Below, piece after piece: positions 10,197 to 17,891 of a stretch of DNA of 64,000 nt. Below the pieces are notes generated by a model. It had not been told where the DNA came from, made no database searches, and worked only from the letters and a program-made list of their open reading frames with translations. A program made the translations under genes and the position numbers. This DNA comes from Gemmatimonadales bacterium (lineage in GTDB: Bacteria > Gemmatimonadota > Gemmatimonadetes > Longimicrobiales > Gaopeijiaceae): NCBI GenBank assembly GCA_007692665.1, contig REBP01000235.1:26-64025 (forward strand), given 5' to 3'. Numbering within the stretch: position 1 is the first letter of the stretch; each line of letters starts with the position of its first letter.

Positions 10197-11407
10197 AGGT
10201 GCTCCTTCACTGCGTGTACTATCCGCCGGAGGTGGGCGGACTCGAGAGCCACGTTGCGGCCCTCGCGGAAGGGCTCGCGGCGCGGGGGCACGAGGTCCGC
10301 GTGGTCACGTCGCGGTCCCTCCCCCACGCGGCGCCCCGCGAGCAGCGCAGCGGCGTGGACGTGATCCGGAGCTGGTTCCCCTCCCGCTCCCCTGCCGGGT
10401 GGATCCTCCACGCCCTGGGCTCCATGCCCGCCACGCGGGAGGGGGCCCGGTGGGCCGACGTCGTGCATGCGCAGGCCTTTGCATCCATCCTCCCCTGCCA
10501 CCTCGCCACCTTCGGCGGGGGACAGACGCATCCCGATGGGGGAGGAAAGCCCCTGGTGGCCACCTTTCACACCTCGCACTTTCTCGTGCGGGCCCAGGTT
10601 CCACGGTGGAAGCCCGTGCTCCGTCGACTCGTGGAGTGGCCGGACCACGCGCTCGCGGCCTCCGCCGAGATCGCCGCCGTGGCCGAGGCGCTGGCGCCGG
10701 GCACGAGGGTGGAGGCGGTGACAAACGGGGTCGAGACGGATCGCTTCCGTCCGGTGGCCCCCAGCCTTCCGCCTGAACCGGGGACGCGCCAGGTCGTGAT
10801 CCCCAGGCGACTCTTTCCGAAGAACGGGGTGGAATTCGCGGTCCGCGCGCTTCCGCTGGTGGCCAAGGCCATCCCCGGCGTCCGATTCCTCTTCGTGGGC
10901 GACGGGCCGGAGCGGTCCCGACTCGAAGCGCTGGCCGGCGAGCTCGGGGTGGGCGGCGAAGCACGCTTTCTCGGGTCGCGACCGCACGAGGAGATGCCGG
11001 GGGTCCTTTCCTCGGCGGAACTCGCGGTCTTTCCGTCGCTGATGGAAGCCACCTCGGTTGCGGCCCTCGAGTGCATGGCCTGCGAGCTGCCGGTGGTGGC
11101 CTCCAACGTGGGCGGCCTTCCGGAAATCGTCGACGCCGAGGTGGGCGCCCTTGTTCCCCCTGCGGATCCGGAGGCGCTGGCGGCCGCCATCATCGGGGCG
11201 CTGGGGCGTCCGGACCGTTTGGAAGCCGGCGCCCGGGCCCGCCGCCGCGTCGTGGACCACTGGAGCAACGACCGGCTGGTCGAGCGGCATCTGGAGATCT
11301 ACCGGACCCTGCTCGCCGAGCGGCGCCCCGGTACCGGAAGGTCCCGGACCCCCGACACCACCCCCGACACGACCCACGAGAGGACCCACGAGAGGACCCA
11401 CGGATGA
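10193..11407 (+). CDS. GT4 (GT1-fold) glycosyltransferase
   Basis: ATG at 10193 (ATGA overlap with wecB). YPPEVGGLESHV at the N-terminus and the E-x7-E region EATSVAALECMACELPVVASNVGGLPEIV. The C-terminal tail carries tandem PDTT/HERT repeats. Confidence 0.85.
   Translation: MKVLLHCVYYPPEVGGLESHVAALAEGLAARGHEVRVVTSRSLPHAAPREQRSGVDVIRSWFPSRSPAGWILHALGSMPATREGARWADVVHAQAFASILPCHLATFGGGQTHPDGGGKPLVATFHTSHFLVRAQVPRWKPVLRRLVEWPDHALAASAEIAAVAEALAPGTRVEAVTNGVETDRFRPVAPSLPPEPGTRQVVIPRRLFPKNGVEFAVRALPLVAKAIPGVRFLFVGDGPERSRLEALAGELGVGGEARFLGSRPHEEMPGVLSSAELAVFPSLMEATSVAALECMACELPVVASNVGGLPEIVDAEVGALVPPADPEALAAAIIGALGRPDRLEAGARARRRVVDHWSNDRLVERHLEIYRTLLAERRPGTGRSRTPDTTPDTTHERTHERTHG
11351..11398 (+). 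repeat. two adjacent 12-nt tandem duplications (cccgacacSacc x2, cacgagaggacc x2)
   Basis: Read directly from the sequence. They encode PDTTPDTTHERTHERT at the GT4 C-terminus and place two GAGAGG copies just upstream of the next gene's ATG at 11404. Confidence 0.9.
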
Positions 11408-14019
11408 ATCCACGATCCCCCCGCAGGAATCGACCCCACGCCGCTCCGGCCACCGACGCCTCGCTGGCCGCAGGCCTGGACCGGGTGCCGGGGTGGGTCC
11501 CCCCGGTGCTCTTCGCGGTCCTGACGCTCTTCCTCTTCCGGTCCTTCGTGTTCTCCCGGGAGATGCTGTTCGGCATGGACACGATGACGCTGGGGTACCA
11601 GGCCCGCCTCTTCTTTGCCGAGGCCCTCCGCACCACCGGGTTCCCGCTCTGGAATCCCCACATCCTCGGGGGAACGCCCTTCATCGAGTCCCTGGCAGGC
11701 GGGGATTCCCTGCATCCGCTGTCGGTGGCGCTCTTCTACCTCGTCGAACCCTACCGGGCGCTGGGGTGGAAGCTCGTCATCCATGTCTTCCTGGCCGGGA
11801 TCTTCATGTTCGGGTGGCTCCGGATGCTCGGCTGCAGCCGGGGGGCCGCGCTGGTGGGAGGAACCGGGGCGCTCCTGGCCCCTTCCTTCGTGACGCTGGT
11901 CTATCCCGGGCACGACGGGAAGATGTTCGTCGTGGCGATGACCCCCCTGCTGTTCTGGCTGGCGGAATGGATGTGGCACCGGCGGGACCTGGTGCCCGGG
12001 GCCCTCCTCGCCCTCTCCATCGGAACCGTGCTGTTCTCGACGCATTTCCAGATGGCCTACTTCCTGTTCGGGGCGCTGGGCGCCTGGATGCTCTTCCGGG
12101 CCATCCAGGTGGGCCGGGCGGCCGGATGGTCGGTGGGTGCCCGCGGGTTCTCGATCTTTGTCGCCTTCTCCCTTCTCGGCGCCGGCACCGCAGCCATCCA
12201 GCTTCTCCCCGCGGTCAGCTACGTCACCGACTTCTCCCGGCGCGCCGCCACCACCGTCGGGGCCGAATCGCCGCAGGCGGCCCGCGATTTTTCCGCCTCC
12301 TGGTCGCTTCACCCGGAAGAGGCGATGAGCCTCGTGGTGCCGGAGTTCGTGGGCAACTCCGCCGGGGGAGCCGAATGGACAACGGAAACCTACTGGGGGC
12401 GAAACGCCTTCAAGCTGAATCACGAATACCTGGGTGCCGTGCTTCTCCTCCTGGCACTCCTGGCCTTCGTGCCGGGACGCTCCGGTGCGGGAGGGGGAGC
12501 CTCGCCGCCGGTTCCGGCACCCGGAACCCCGGCGGGACCGCCCCCGGGCCCCGGGCCCGCAGGCCGCTGGTTCTTCGCGGGGCTGGCCCTGGTGGCCGCC
12601 CTCTTCGCCCTGGGCGCAAACACACCGGTCTGGCGCGTCTTCTACGAGATCATTCCCGGCATCTCCCTCTTCCGGGCTCCCTCCATGGCCATCTTCCTGA
12701 CGGCGTTCGCCGTCTCGACGCTTGCAGCGCTGGGCCTCGACCGGGCGGCGAGACTCCTGGCCACGGAGGACGGACGGAAGCGCATTCTCCAGTGGACCGG
12801 GGGTGCGGCGGCGCTGCTTGCGTTCGGGGGCATTCTCGCCGCCTCCGGGGTCCTGATCACCGTGTGGGAGGCCGTTGTGTACCCGGACCTGCCGGGCTCA
12901 CGGGTTCCCGCCCTCGAGGCGCTCCACCCCCACATGGTTCGGGGGTTCTTCCTCGTGGCGGGGCTGACCGGAGCGCTCGCAGCGACATTCTGGGCCGCGG
13001 GGAGAGGGAAGCTGGCGGCACCCCTTCTTCTCACCGCGGTCACGGCCCTCGTGGTCGTGGACCTGGTCCGCGTGAACGCCCCGTTCATCCAGGTGGTGGA
13101 CCCCACCCGGGTCACCGTCCCCGACCCGAACCTCCGGTTCCTCGAGGCCCGCACCCGTGACGAACCGCCCTTCCGGGTGTTCTCCATGATCCAGGGCGGG
13201 CAGGACGTCCAGCCCTCCGCCTTCGGGATCGACCTGGCGGCGGGCCACCACCCCAACGACCTGGGTCGCTACCGCGAACTCATCGGCATGGTGGGGAGCG
13301 GGATCCCGGAACACCTCGCGACCTTCCACCCGGTGGTCCTCGCGATCCTGAATGTCCGCTACGTGCTGTGGCCCGACGCCCAGTACGGGGAACTCGAAGG
13401 CGTCGAGCCCGTGAGCCAGGTGCGGCTGGCGGATGGCCGAAGCTGGGCGTCGGTCTACCCGTACCCCGGACTCCCGCGCGCCCGTCTCGTGGGAAGTTTC
13501 CGACAGGTCGGGGAAGGGGAGGCGCTGGCCATCCTGCTCGAGGACGAGAGCTTCGACCCCCGTGTGGAGGTCCTCCTGGAGGACGCCCCACCCTTCGCTC
13601 CCGAGGCGCGGGCCGACGGTGCGCCTCACCCGCCTGGCTCCGTCCGATGGATCGAGGACCTGCCGGATCGCCTCGTCCTCGAGGTGGACGCCGACCGACC
13701 GTCGCTTCTGGTCATGAGCCAGAACTGGTTCCCGTCGTGGGTCGCTCGGGTGGACGGAGAACCCACGCCGGTGCTCCGGGCCGACCACGCGCTCCAGGCC
13801 GTGGCCATTCCGGCGGGCCGCCACCGCGTGGAAATGGCCGTCGAATCCACCGAGCTGCAGCAGGCCCTGCTGCTCAGCGGATTCTCGCTTCTGGTGGTCC
13901 TGACGGCCGGCCTCGTGTCGGGCCTGGTCACCCGACGCGCCGGCGGAGCCCCTCCCGGTCCCCCCGCAGTCGCCGTACCCGGACACCCGTCCAGGCGGGA
14001 GCCGGGTCCCGACGCATGA
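11404..14019 (+). CDS. large polytopic membrane protein, YfhO-like / GT-C-fold glycosyltransferase candidate
   Basis: ATG at 11404 (ATGA overlap). 871 aa with about a dozen N-terminal TM helices, a large soluble C-terminal region and a final TM helix (LLSGFSLLVVLTAGLVSGLV). This is the topology typical of YfhO-family proteins. The WNPHILGGTPF motif is present. The family call is from memory of topology and motif, not from a search. Confidence 0.55.
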   Translation: MNPRSPRRNRPHAAPATDASLAAGLDRVPGWVPPVLFAVLTLFLFRSFVFSREMLFGMDTMTLGYQARLFFAEALRTTGFPLWNPHILGGTPFIESLAGGDSLHPLSVALFYLVEPYRALGWKLVIHVFLAGIFMFGWLRMLGCSRGAALVGGTGALLAPSFVTLVYPGHDGKMFVVAMTPLLFWLAEWMWHRRDLVPGALLALSIGTVLFSTHFQMAYFLFGALGAWMLFRAIQVGRAAGWSVGARGFSIFVAFSLLGAGTAAIQLLPAVSYVTDFSRRAATTVGAESPQAARDFSASWSLHPEEAMSLVVPEFVGNSAGGAEWTTETYWGRNAFKLNHEYLGAVLLLLALLAFVPGRSGAGGGASPPVPAPGTPAGPPPGPGPAGRWFFAGLALVAALFALGANTPVWRVFYEIIPGISLFRAPSMAIFLTAFAVSTLAALGLDRAARLLATEDGRKRILQWTGGAAALLAFGGILAASGVLITVWEAVVYPDLPGSRVPALEALHPHMVRGFFLVAGLTGALAATFWAAGRGKLAAPLLLTAVTALVVVDLVRVNAPFIQVVDPTRVTVPDPNLRFLEARTRDEPPFRVFSMIQGGQDVQPSAFGIDLAAGHHPNDLGRYRELIGMVGSGIPEHLATFHPVVLAILNVRYVLWPDAQYGELEGVEPVSQVRLADGRSWASVYPYPGLPRARLVGSFRQVGEGEALAILLEDESFDPRVEVLLEDAPPFAPEARADGAPHPPGSVRWIEDLPDRLVLEVDADRPSLLVMSQNWFPSWVARVDGEPTPVLRADHALQAVAIPAGRHRVEMAVESTELQQALLLSGFSLLVVLTAGLVSGLVTRRAGGAPPGPPAVAVPGHPSRREPGPDA

Positions 14020-15038
14020 CCGACGCCCCCGGGGACGCACCCGCGCGCCCAGGACGCCGGACCCTGGGGATCGTTCTGCAGCTTCTGCTCACGGCCGTGG
14101 TAACCGTCCTGGTGTTCCGGGCGCTCGGGGGAACGCTGGAGGACGCCATGGCCCTGGACCGGGCCTTTGCCTCGCCCACCGTGCTCCCCCTCCTCCTGGC
14201 CTCGCTGGTGCTCTTCGGCGGGTACGCGCTGGCCGCCCGGCTCTGGGGGTGGATGGTGGCGGAACTGGGAGACCCGGACCCCGGCGCCCGGGTCTCGGTG
14301 CAACTCCTCCTGGCAGCGAACCTCGGGCGCTACATCCCGGGAAAGATCTGGCAGCTGGCAGGCCTCGCCGTTCTGGCCCGGCGACGCGGAATCTCGGCCA
14401 CCGGCGCCACCGCCGCGTCCCTCCTCGTGCAGGGATTTGCCCTGGCCGCCACCGCGGTCTGGGGGATCCCGGCGCTTCTCGGGGGCCGCGAAGGGTTTGC
14501 CCCGGGCGGGGGCGGGGGCGCGGCTGTCGGGACCGGGGCGGGAGCAGGACTGGGCGCCGGAGCCGGTGCCACCGCAGGAGCGTGGACGCTCGGAATCCTC
14601 CTCCTTCTCGTGGCGATTTCCTCCATTCCCGCCATCTCCGGCGCCGGAACCCGCCTTCTCTTCCGCATCGCGAGGCGGAACCCCGACGAGGCCCCGCGCC
14701 CCGGGCCCGCCTTCGGACCCCGGTGGCTCCTCCTGAGCCTCGCGGTCTGGGGGGTGTACGGAGCGGCCTTTCTGCTGTTTCTTCATGGTCTGGGATTCCA
14801 GGTCCCGCCCCTCGAGGCCGTCAGCGCCTTCGCCGCAGCCTACCTCGTGGGGAACCTGTTCATCGCCGCCCCGGCAGGGGTGGGAATCCGCGAAGTTGCC
14901 CTGGCCGGGCTCCTCCTGCCGCAACTCGGCGCCGCGGCCATGGCGGTGGCGATCCTGGCCCGCCTCTGGATGACCGCCCTGGAAGTGATCCCGGCCGGCA
15001 TCTTCGCATGGATTGAACTCAGAGGAGCGACCGCGTGA
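14016..15038 (+). CDS. UPF0104 / lysyl-PG-synthase-TM-like (flippase-like) integral membrane protein
   Basis: ATG at 14016 (ATGA overlap). Polytopic, with a GRYIPGKIWQ motif, a Gly/Ala-rich loop and a C-terminal P(A)GxGxRE-like segment (APAGVGIREV). Confidence 0.5.
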   Translation: MTDAPGDAPARPGRRTLGIVLQLLLTAVVTVLVFRALGGTLEDAMALDRAFASPTVLPLLLASLVLFGGYALAARLWGWMVAELGDPDPGARVSVQLLLAANLGRYIPGKIWQLAGLAVLARRRGISATGATAASLLVQGFALAATAVWGIPALLGGREGFAPGGGGGAAVGTGAGAGLGAGAGATAGAWTLGILLLLVAISSIPAISGAGTRLLFRIARRNPDEAPRPGPAFGPRWLLLSLAVWGVYGAAFLLFLHGLGFQVPPLEAVSAFAAAYLVGNLFIAAPAGVGIREVALAGLLLPQLGAAAMAVAILARLWMTALEVIPAGIFAWIELRGATA

Positions 15039-15772
15039 GCCCCGAAGGCCCGCAGCTGACGCTGGTGGTCATCCCCACCTACAACGAGAGGGACAGCCTT
15101 CCGAGGATCGTCCCCATGGTCCTGTCCCAGGATCCGTCCCTTCACGTGCTGGTCGTGGACGACGCATCCCCCGACGGTACCGGGGAGGTGGCCGAGGAAC
15201 TGGCCCGCGAACACCCGGGCCGCGTCCACGTGCTGCACCGGGACGCCAAGGAGGGGCTGGGTCGAGCCTACGTCGCCGGGTTCGAGTGGGGGCTGGCGCG
15301 GCCCTACGCCCGGCTCTGCGAAATGGATGCCGATCTCTCGCATCCCCCGGAACGCCTCCCCGATTTCCTGGAGGCCCTCGACGAGGTCGACGTCGTCGTG
15401 GGGTCCCGCTACGTTGGCGGCCGGGCCAACGTCGTGAACTGGCCGATCACCCGCCTCTTCATCTCGGTGTTCGGCAGCTGGTATGCCCGGACCATCACCG
15501 GCCTCCCGCTCTCCGACGCCACCGGCGGCTTCAACATGTTCCGGCGCGAGGTCCTGGAAACCATCCAGCTGGACCGGATCCAGTCCAACGGCTACAGCTT
15601 CCAGATCGAGCTCAAGTTCCGCGCCTGGAAGAAGGGGTTCACGCTGCGGGAGATCCCCATCGTGTTCACGGAGCGCGCCGAGGGCGAATCCAAGATGTCG
15701 CGGGCCATCGTCCGCGAGGCCATCTGGAGGGTCTGGAAGCTCCGCATCCTGTCCGTCATGCGACGCCTCTGA
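15035..15772 (+). CDS. polyprenol-phosphate mannosyl/glycosyl-transferase (Dpm1/Ppm1-like GT2, soluble)
   Basis: GTG at 15035 (GTGA overlap). Motifs VVIPTYNE, VVDDASPDGTG, MDADLSHPP, GSRYV, DATGGFNMFRREVL and SNGYSFQIEL are typical of Dpm1/Ppm1. No TM helix is present. Confidence 0.85.
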   Translation: MSPEGPQLTLVVIPTYNERDSLPRIVPMVLSQDPSLHVLVVDDASPDGTGEVAEELAREHPGRVHVLHRDAKEGLGRAYVAGFEWGLARPYARLCEMDADLSHPPERLPDFLEALDEVDVVVGSRYVGGRANVVNWPITRLFISVFGSWYARTITGLPLSDATGGFNMFRREVLETIQLDRIQSNGYSFQIELKFRAWKKGFTLREIPIVFTERAEGESKMSRAIVREAIWRVWKLRILSVMRRL

Positions 15773-15789
15773 CAAGGACGCTCATCCTC

Positions 15790-16458
15790 TTGGCACTGAA
15801 GGACTTCCTCTACCGCTGTCCGGGCTGCGGACACGACCCCATGGGGGGCGAGGCCGACGAGGCGCGATGCCCCGCCTGCGGCCTGGTCGTGGACCGCAAT
15901 GCTGCGGGCCCCACCTGCCTGAGGGTTCACGGACCCTCCGGCGCCCTGCCTTCCGAGGTCCCCGCCTCCCACCTGGCCGACCGCATCGAGGCCATGGGAG
16001 GCGCCCTTCCTCGCGCCACCGCACCCGACGGGACCCTGGCCTACGCCGCAGGGGTGCGCGCCCGGGCCGCAGGTTCCGAACGCCCCATCCGCTACCGGGG
16101 CCTCCTCCTGGGGTTTGCCGAGCGGTTCGGTGCCGGCACCCCGGGCCGCCTCCGGATCACGGACGAGGCCCTGATCCTCGACATCGGGGAAGGGGAGCCC
16201 CGCGAGGCCCGTGGGGAGTCAACCCGGTCAGCCCGGCGGACGTGGCCCCTCGAGGCCCTCCAGTCCCTCCAGACGTCCTCCTCGGCCGTGCAGATCACCA
16301 CCGTGGACCAGGGTCTCGTCCTGTTCCGCTTCACGGACGACTCCCCGCGCCGATGGGACGAACTCCTCCGGCATGCAATCTCCCGGCGGTGGGAGTTGCT
16401 GGGGAAGGGGAGCGTACAGGAATTCCAGCCCCGCATCCGGGCCGAGGCACCCCGATGA
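15790..16458 (+). CDS. hypothetical protein with an N-terminal CxxC...CxxC zinc ribbon
   Basis: This is the tail of ORF 15013..16458 after the upstream gene's stop. The first in-frame start is TTG at 15790 (an ATG at about 15841 would cut off the first CxxC). CPGCGH...CPACG is followed by a roughly 190-aa domain with no recognisable motif. Confidence 0.5.
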   Translation: MALKDFLYRCPGCGHDPMGGEADEARCPACGLVVDRNAAGPTCLRVHGPSGALPSEVPASHLADRIEAMGGALPRATAPDGTLAYAAGVRARAAGSERPIRYRGLLLGFAERFGAGTPGRLRITDEALILDIGEGEPREARGESTRSARRTWPLEALQSLQTSSSAVQITTVDQGLVLFRFTDDSPRRWDELLRHAISRRWELLGKGSVQEFQPRIRAEAPR

Positions 16459-17153
16459 GCAGCCCGGTCCTCTACCCCCTCGGAAAGGCAACCGCGCGCC
16501 TTCTGCTCCCCCGCATCGCCCCCGTGGAGGTCCGCGGCCTCGAGAACCTGCCCGATCGCGGCGGCGCCCTCCTTCTCGCGAACCACCAGTCGGCACTCGA
16601 CCCCTTCGTGCTCCAGACCTGGTCTCCCCGTCCGGTCCGGGCCATGACCAAGAGCACGCAGTTCGGGTCCCCCTTCATGGAGTGGGTCCTCCCGCGCCTC
16701 GGAGCCTTCCCGGTCCGTCGGTTCCAGGTGGACCCGCAGTCGGTGCGCACGGTCCTGCGCCTGCTGGAGGCGGGAGAATGGGTCTGCATCTATCCGGAGG
16801 GGGAGAGGAGCTGGGATGCGAGGCTCCAGCCCTTCCGGCGGGGTGCACTCCGGACGGGCCTCGCGGCGATCCACCGGGGCATCCCCGTGATTCCCGTCGG
16901 CCTGGACGGCATGTATGACATGCTCCCGCGATGGGGCCGGCTCCGACGACCGGAGTCGGTCATCCGCCTGAGCTTCGGCCCTCGCATGGACCTGGGGCCG
17001 TTCCGGGACCGCCGGGAACGCGACGACGCGCTCCCGGAAATGCGCACGGGGCTCCGGGAGGCACTCCTCGAACTCTCGGGCGAAGCGGCGCGCGAGGACG
17101 GCCTGACGCCGGGGGGGTCGGCCAGCCCGTGGGAAGAAGTCTCGAGCCCGTGA
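16455..17153 (+). CDS. plsC: 1-acyl-sn-glycerol-3-phosphate acyltransferase family protein
   Basis: ATG at 16455 (ATGA overlap). The H(x)4D motif NHQSALD and IYPEGERS are present. Confidence 0.85.
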   Translation: MSSPVLYPLGKATARLLLPRIAPVEVRGLENLPDRGGALLLANHQSALDPFVLQTWSPRPVRAMTKSTQFGSPFMEWVLPRLGAFPVRRFQVDPQSVRTVLRLLEAGEWVCIYPEGERSWDARLQPFRRGALRTGLAAIHRGIPVIPVGLDGMYDMLPRWGRLRRPESVIRLSFGPRMDLGPFRDRRERDDALPEMRTGLREALLELSGEAAREDGLTPGGSASPWEEVSSP

Positions 17154-17283
17154 GTACCTGGCCCTGAATACCTGACGGATCGCGGTCACGCCTCACGGGT
17201 TCCGGCCTCGAGTCCAGGGGGTGGGGTGAGGGCATGCGACAGGGGGTACGACAAGGCCCCGACCCGCTCCGCATCAACTTTAC

Positions 17284-17297
17284 ATAATATATATTAT
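17284..17297. promoter_or_regulatory. perfect 14-bp all-A/T palindrome ATAATATATATTAT
   Basis: Read directly. It is embedded in TTTACATAATATATATTATACGAA and is the only long AT-only run I noticed in the window. Confidence 0.5.
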
Positions 17298-17321
17298 ACG
17301 AACCTGCGGAGAAGATGTGGA
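17293..17321 (-). promoter_or_regulatory. candidate sigma70-type promoter (TCCACA - 17 nt - TATAAT) reading leftward
   Basis: The minus strand reads TCCACA (17321..17316), a 17-nt spacer, then TATAAT (17298..17293). No comparably good -35 was found for the plus-strand -10-like hexamers. Confidence 0.25.
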
Positions 17322-17357
17322 AAACCCGAGTTCTCCCCATCGGAGGCCGGCGCCCTG

Positions 17358-17389
17358 ACCGTGCGGCGTGGGAACCGTGCGGCGTGGGA
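17358..17389. repeat. 16-nt perfect tandem duplication (accgtgcggcgtggga x2)
   Basis: Read directly. Confidence 0.95.
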
Positions 17390-17398
17390 GAAGGCGGA

Positions 17399-17442
17399 CT
17401 CGGGGAGATCCCGAGCCTCCCTCGGGGAGACCCCGAGCCTCC
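17399..17442. repeat. 22-nt tandem duplication; each unit is a hairpin (CTCGGG..CCCGAG) followed by CCTCC
   Basis: The units are ctcggggagatcccgagcctcc and ctcggggagaccccgagcctcc, differing at one position. Confidence 0.95.
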
Positions 17443-17670
17443 GACATCGTTGCTGACGTGGGCATGGGATGCGTGCACCGGAGGGGTACGTGCACCGGAG
17501 CCGACGAAGCCACCGGGACCTCCCGGGTCGAGGGGCTCCTGACCGGACCGAGGGCTCCGGGCCGGGCTGGCCGTGCCTGTCGCGGCTGCCCGGGTCCCAT
17601 CGGGCCCCGGGCCCTTGCGAGCACTGCCACGCATTCGAGGCCATGGACCCCTCCGATCAGATCGTCGGCA

Positions 17671-17696
17671 GCGTGCGGGCCGTGCGTGCGGGCCGT
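17671..17696. repeat. 13-nt perfect tandem duplication (gcgtgcgggccgt x2)
   Basis: Read directly. Confidence 0.95.
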
Positions 17697-17752
17697 TGTC
17701 GCTCGAGGCAGGTCGTCGCTCGAGGCAGGTTGTCGCCCGAGGCAGGGTGTCC
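17697..17752. repeat. 17-nt tandem repeat, 3 copies plus a partial 4th (tgtcgctcgaggcaggt-like, each with a CTCGAG/CCCGAG core)
   Basis: The copies are tgtcgctcgaggcaggt, cgtcgctcgaggcaggt, tgtcgcccgaggcaggg and tgtcc. Confidence 0.95.
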
Positions 17753-17846
17753 AGCATGGAACCCCTCAGCGCGGACCTCTCCTGCTTTCGTGGGAAGCGG
17801 ACGGGGAACCCGTGCCCTCGCTCCGCCCCCCCCAGGCGCCAGAACG

Positions 17847-17891
17847 GAAAACGCCCCCAGCGCCGGGAAATCCCGGTGCTGGGGGCGTTTC
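17847..17891 (-). terminator. intrinsic terminator (17-bp stem, 4-nt loop) downstream of the TPR gene; possibly bidirectional
   Basis: Positions 17851..17867 pair with 17872..17888 (one G-U). On the minus strand the stem is followed by TTTTCC; on the plus strand it is followed by TTTCAG. Confidence 0.8.

Noticed and set aside
10193-11407. The GT4 glycosyltransferase as BshA, because bshC is in the window.
   Set aside because: It lies 26 kb away from bshC and is embedded in a glycosylation operon. The GT4 family is too broad to assign BshA without a search.
17358-17752. Tandem repeats as a possible CRISPR array.
   Set aside because: The repeats are directly adjacent with no spacers, each family has only 2-3 copies, the unit lengths are 13-22 nt, and there are no cas genes in the window.
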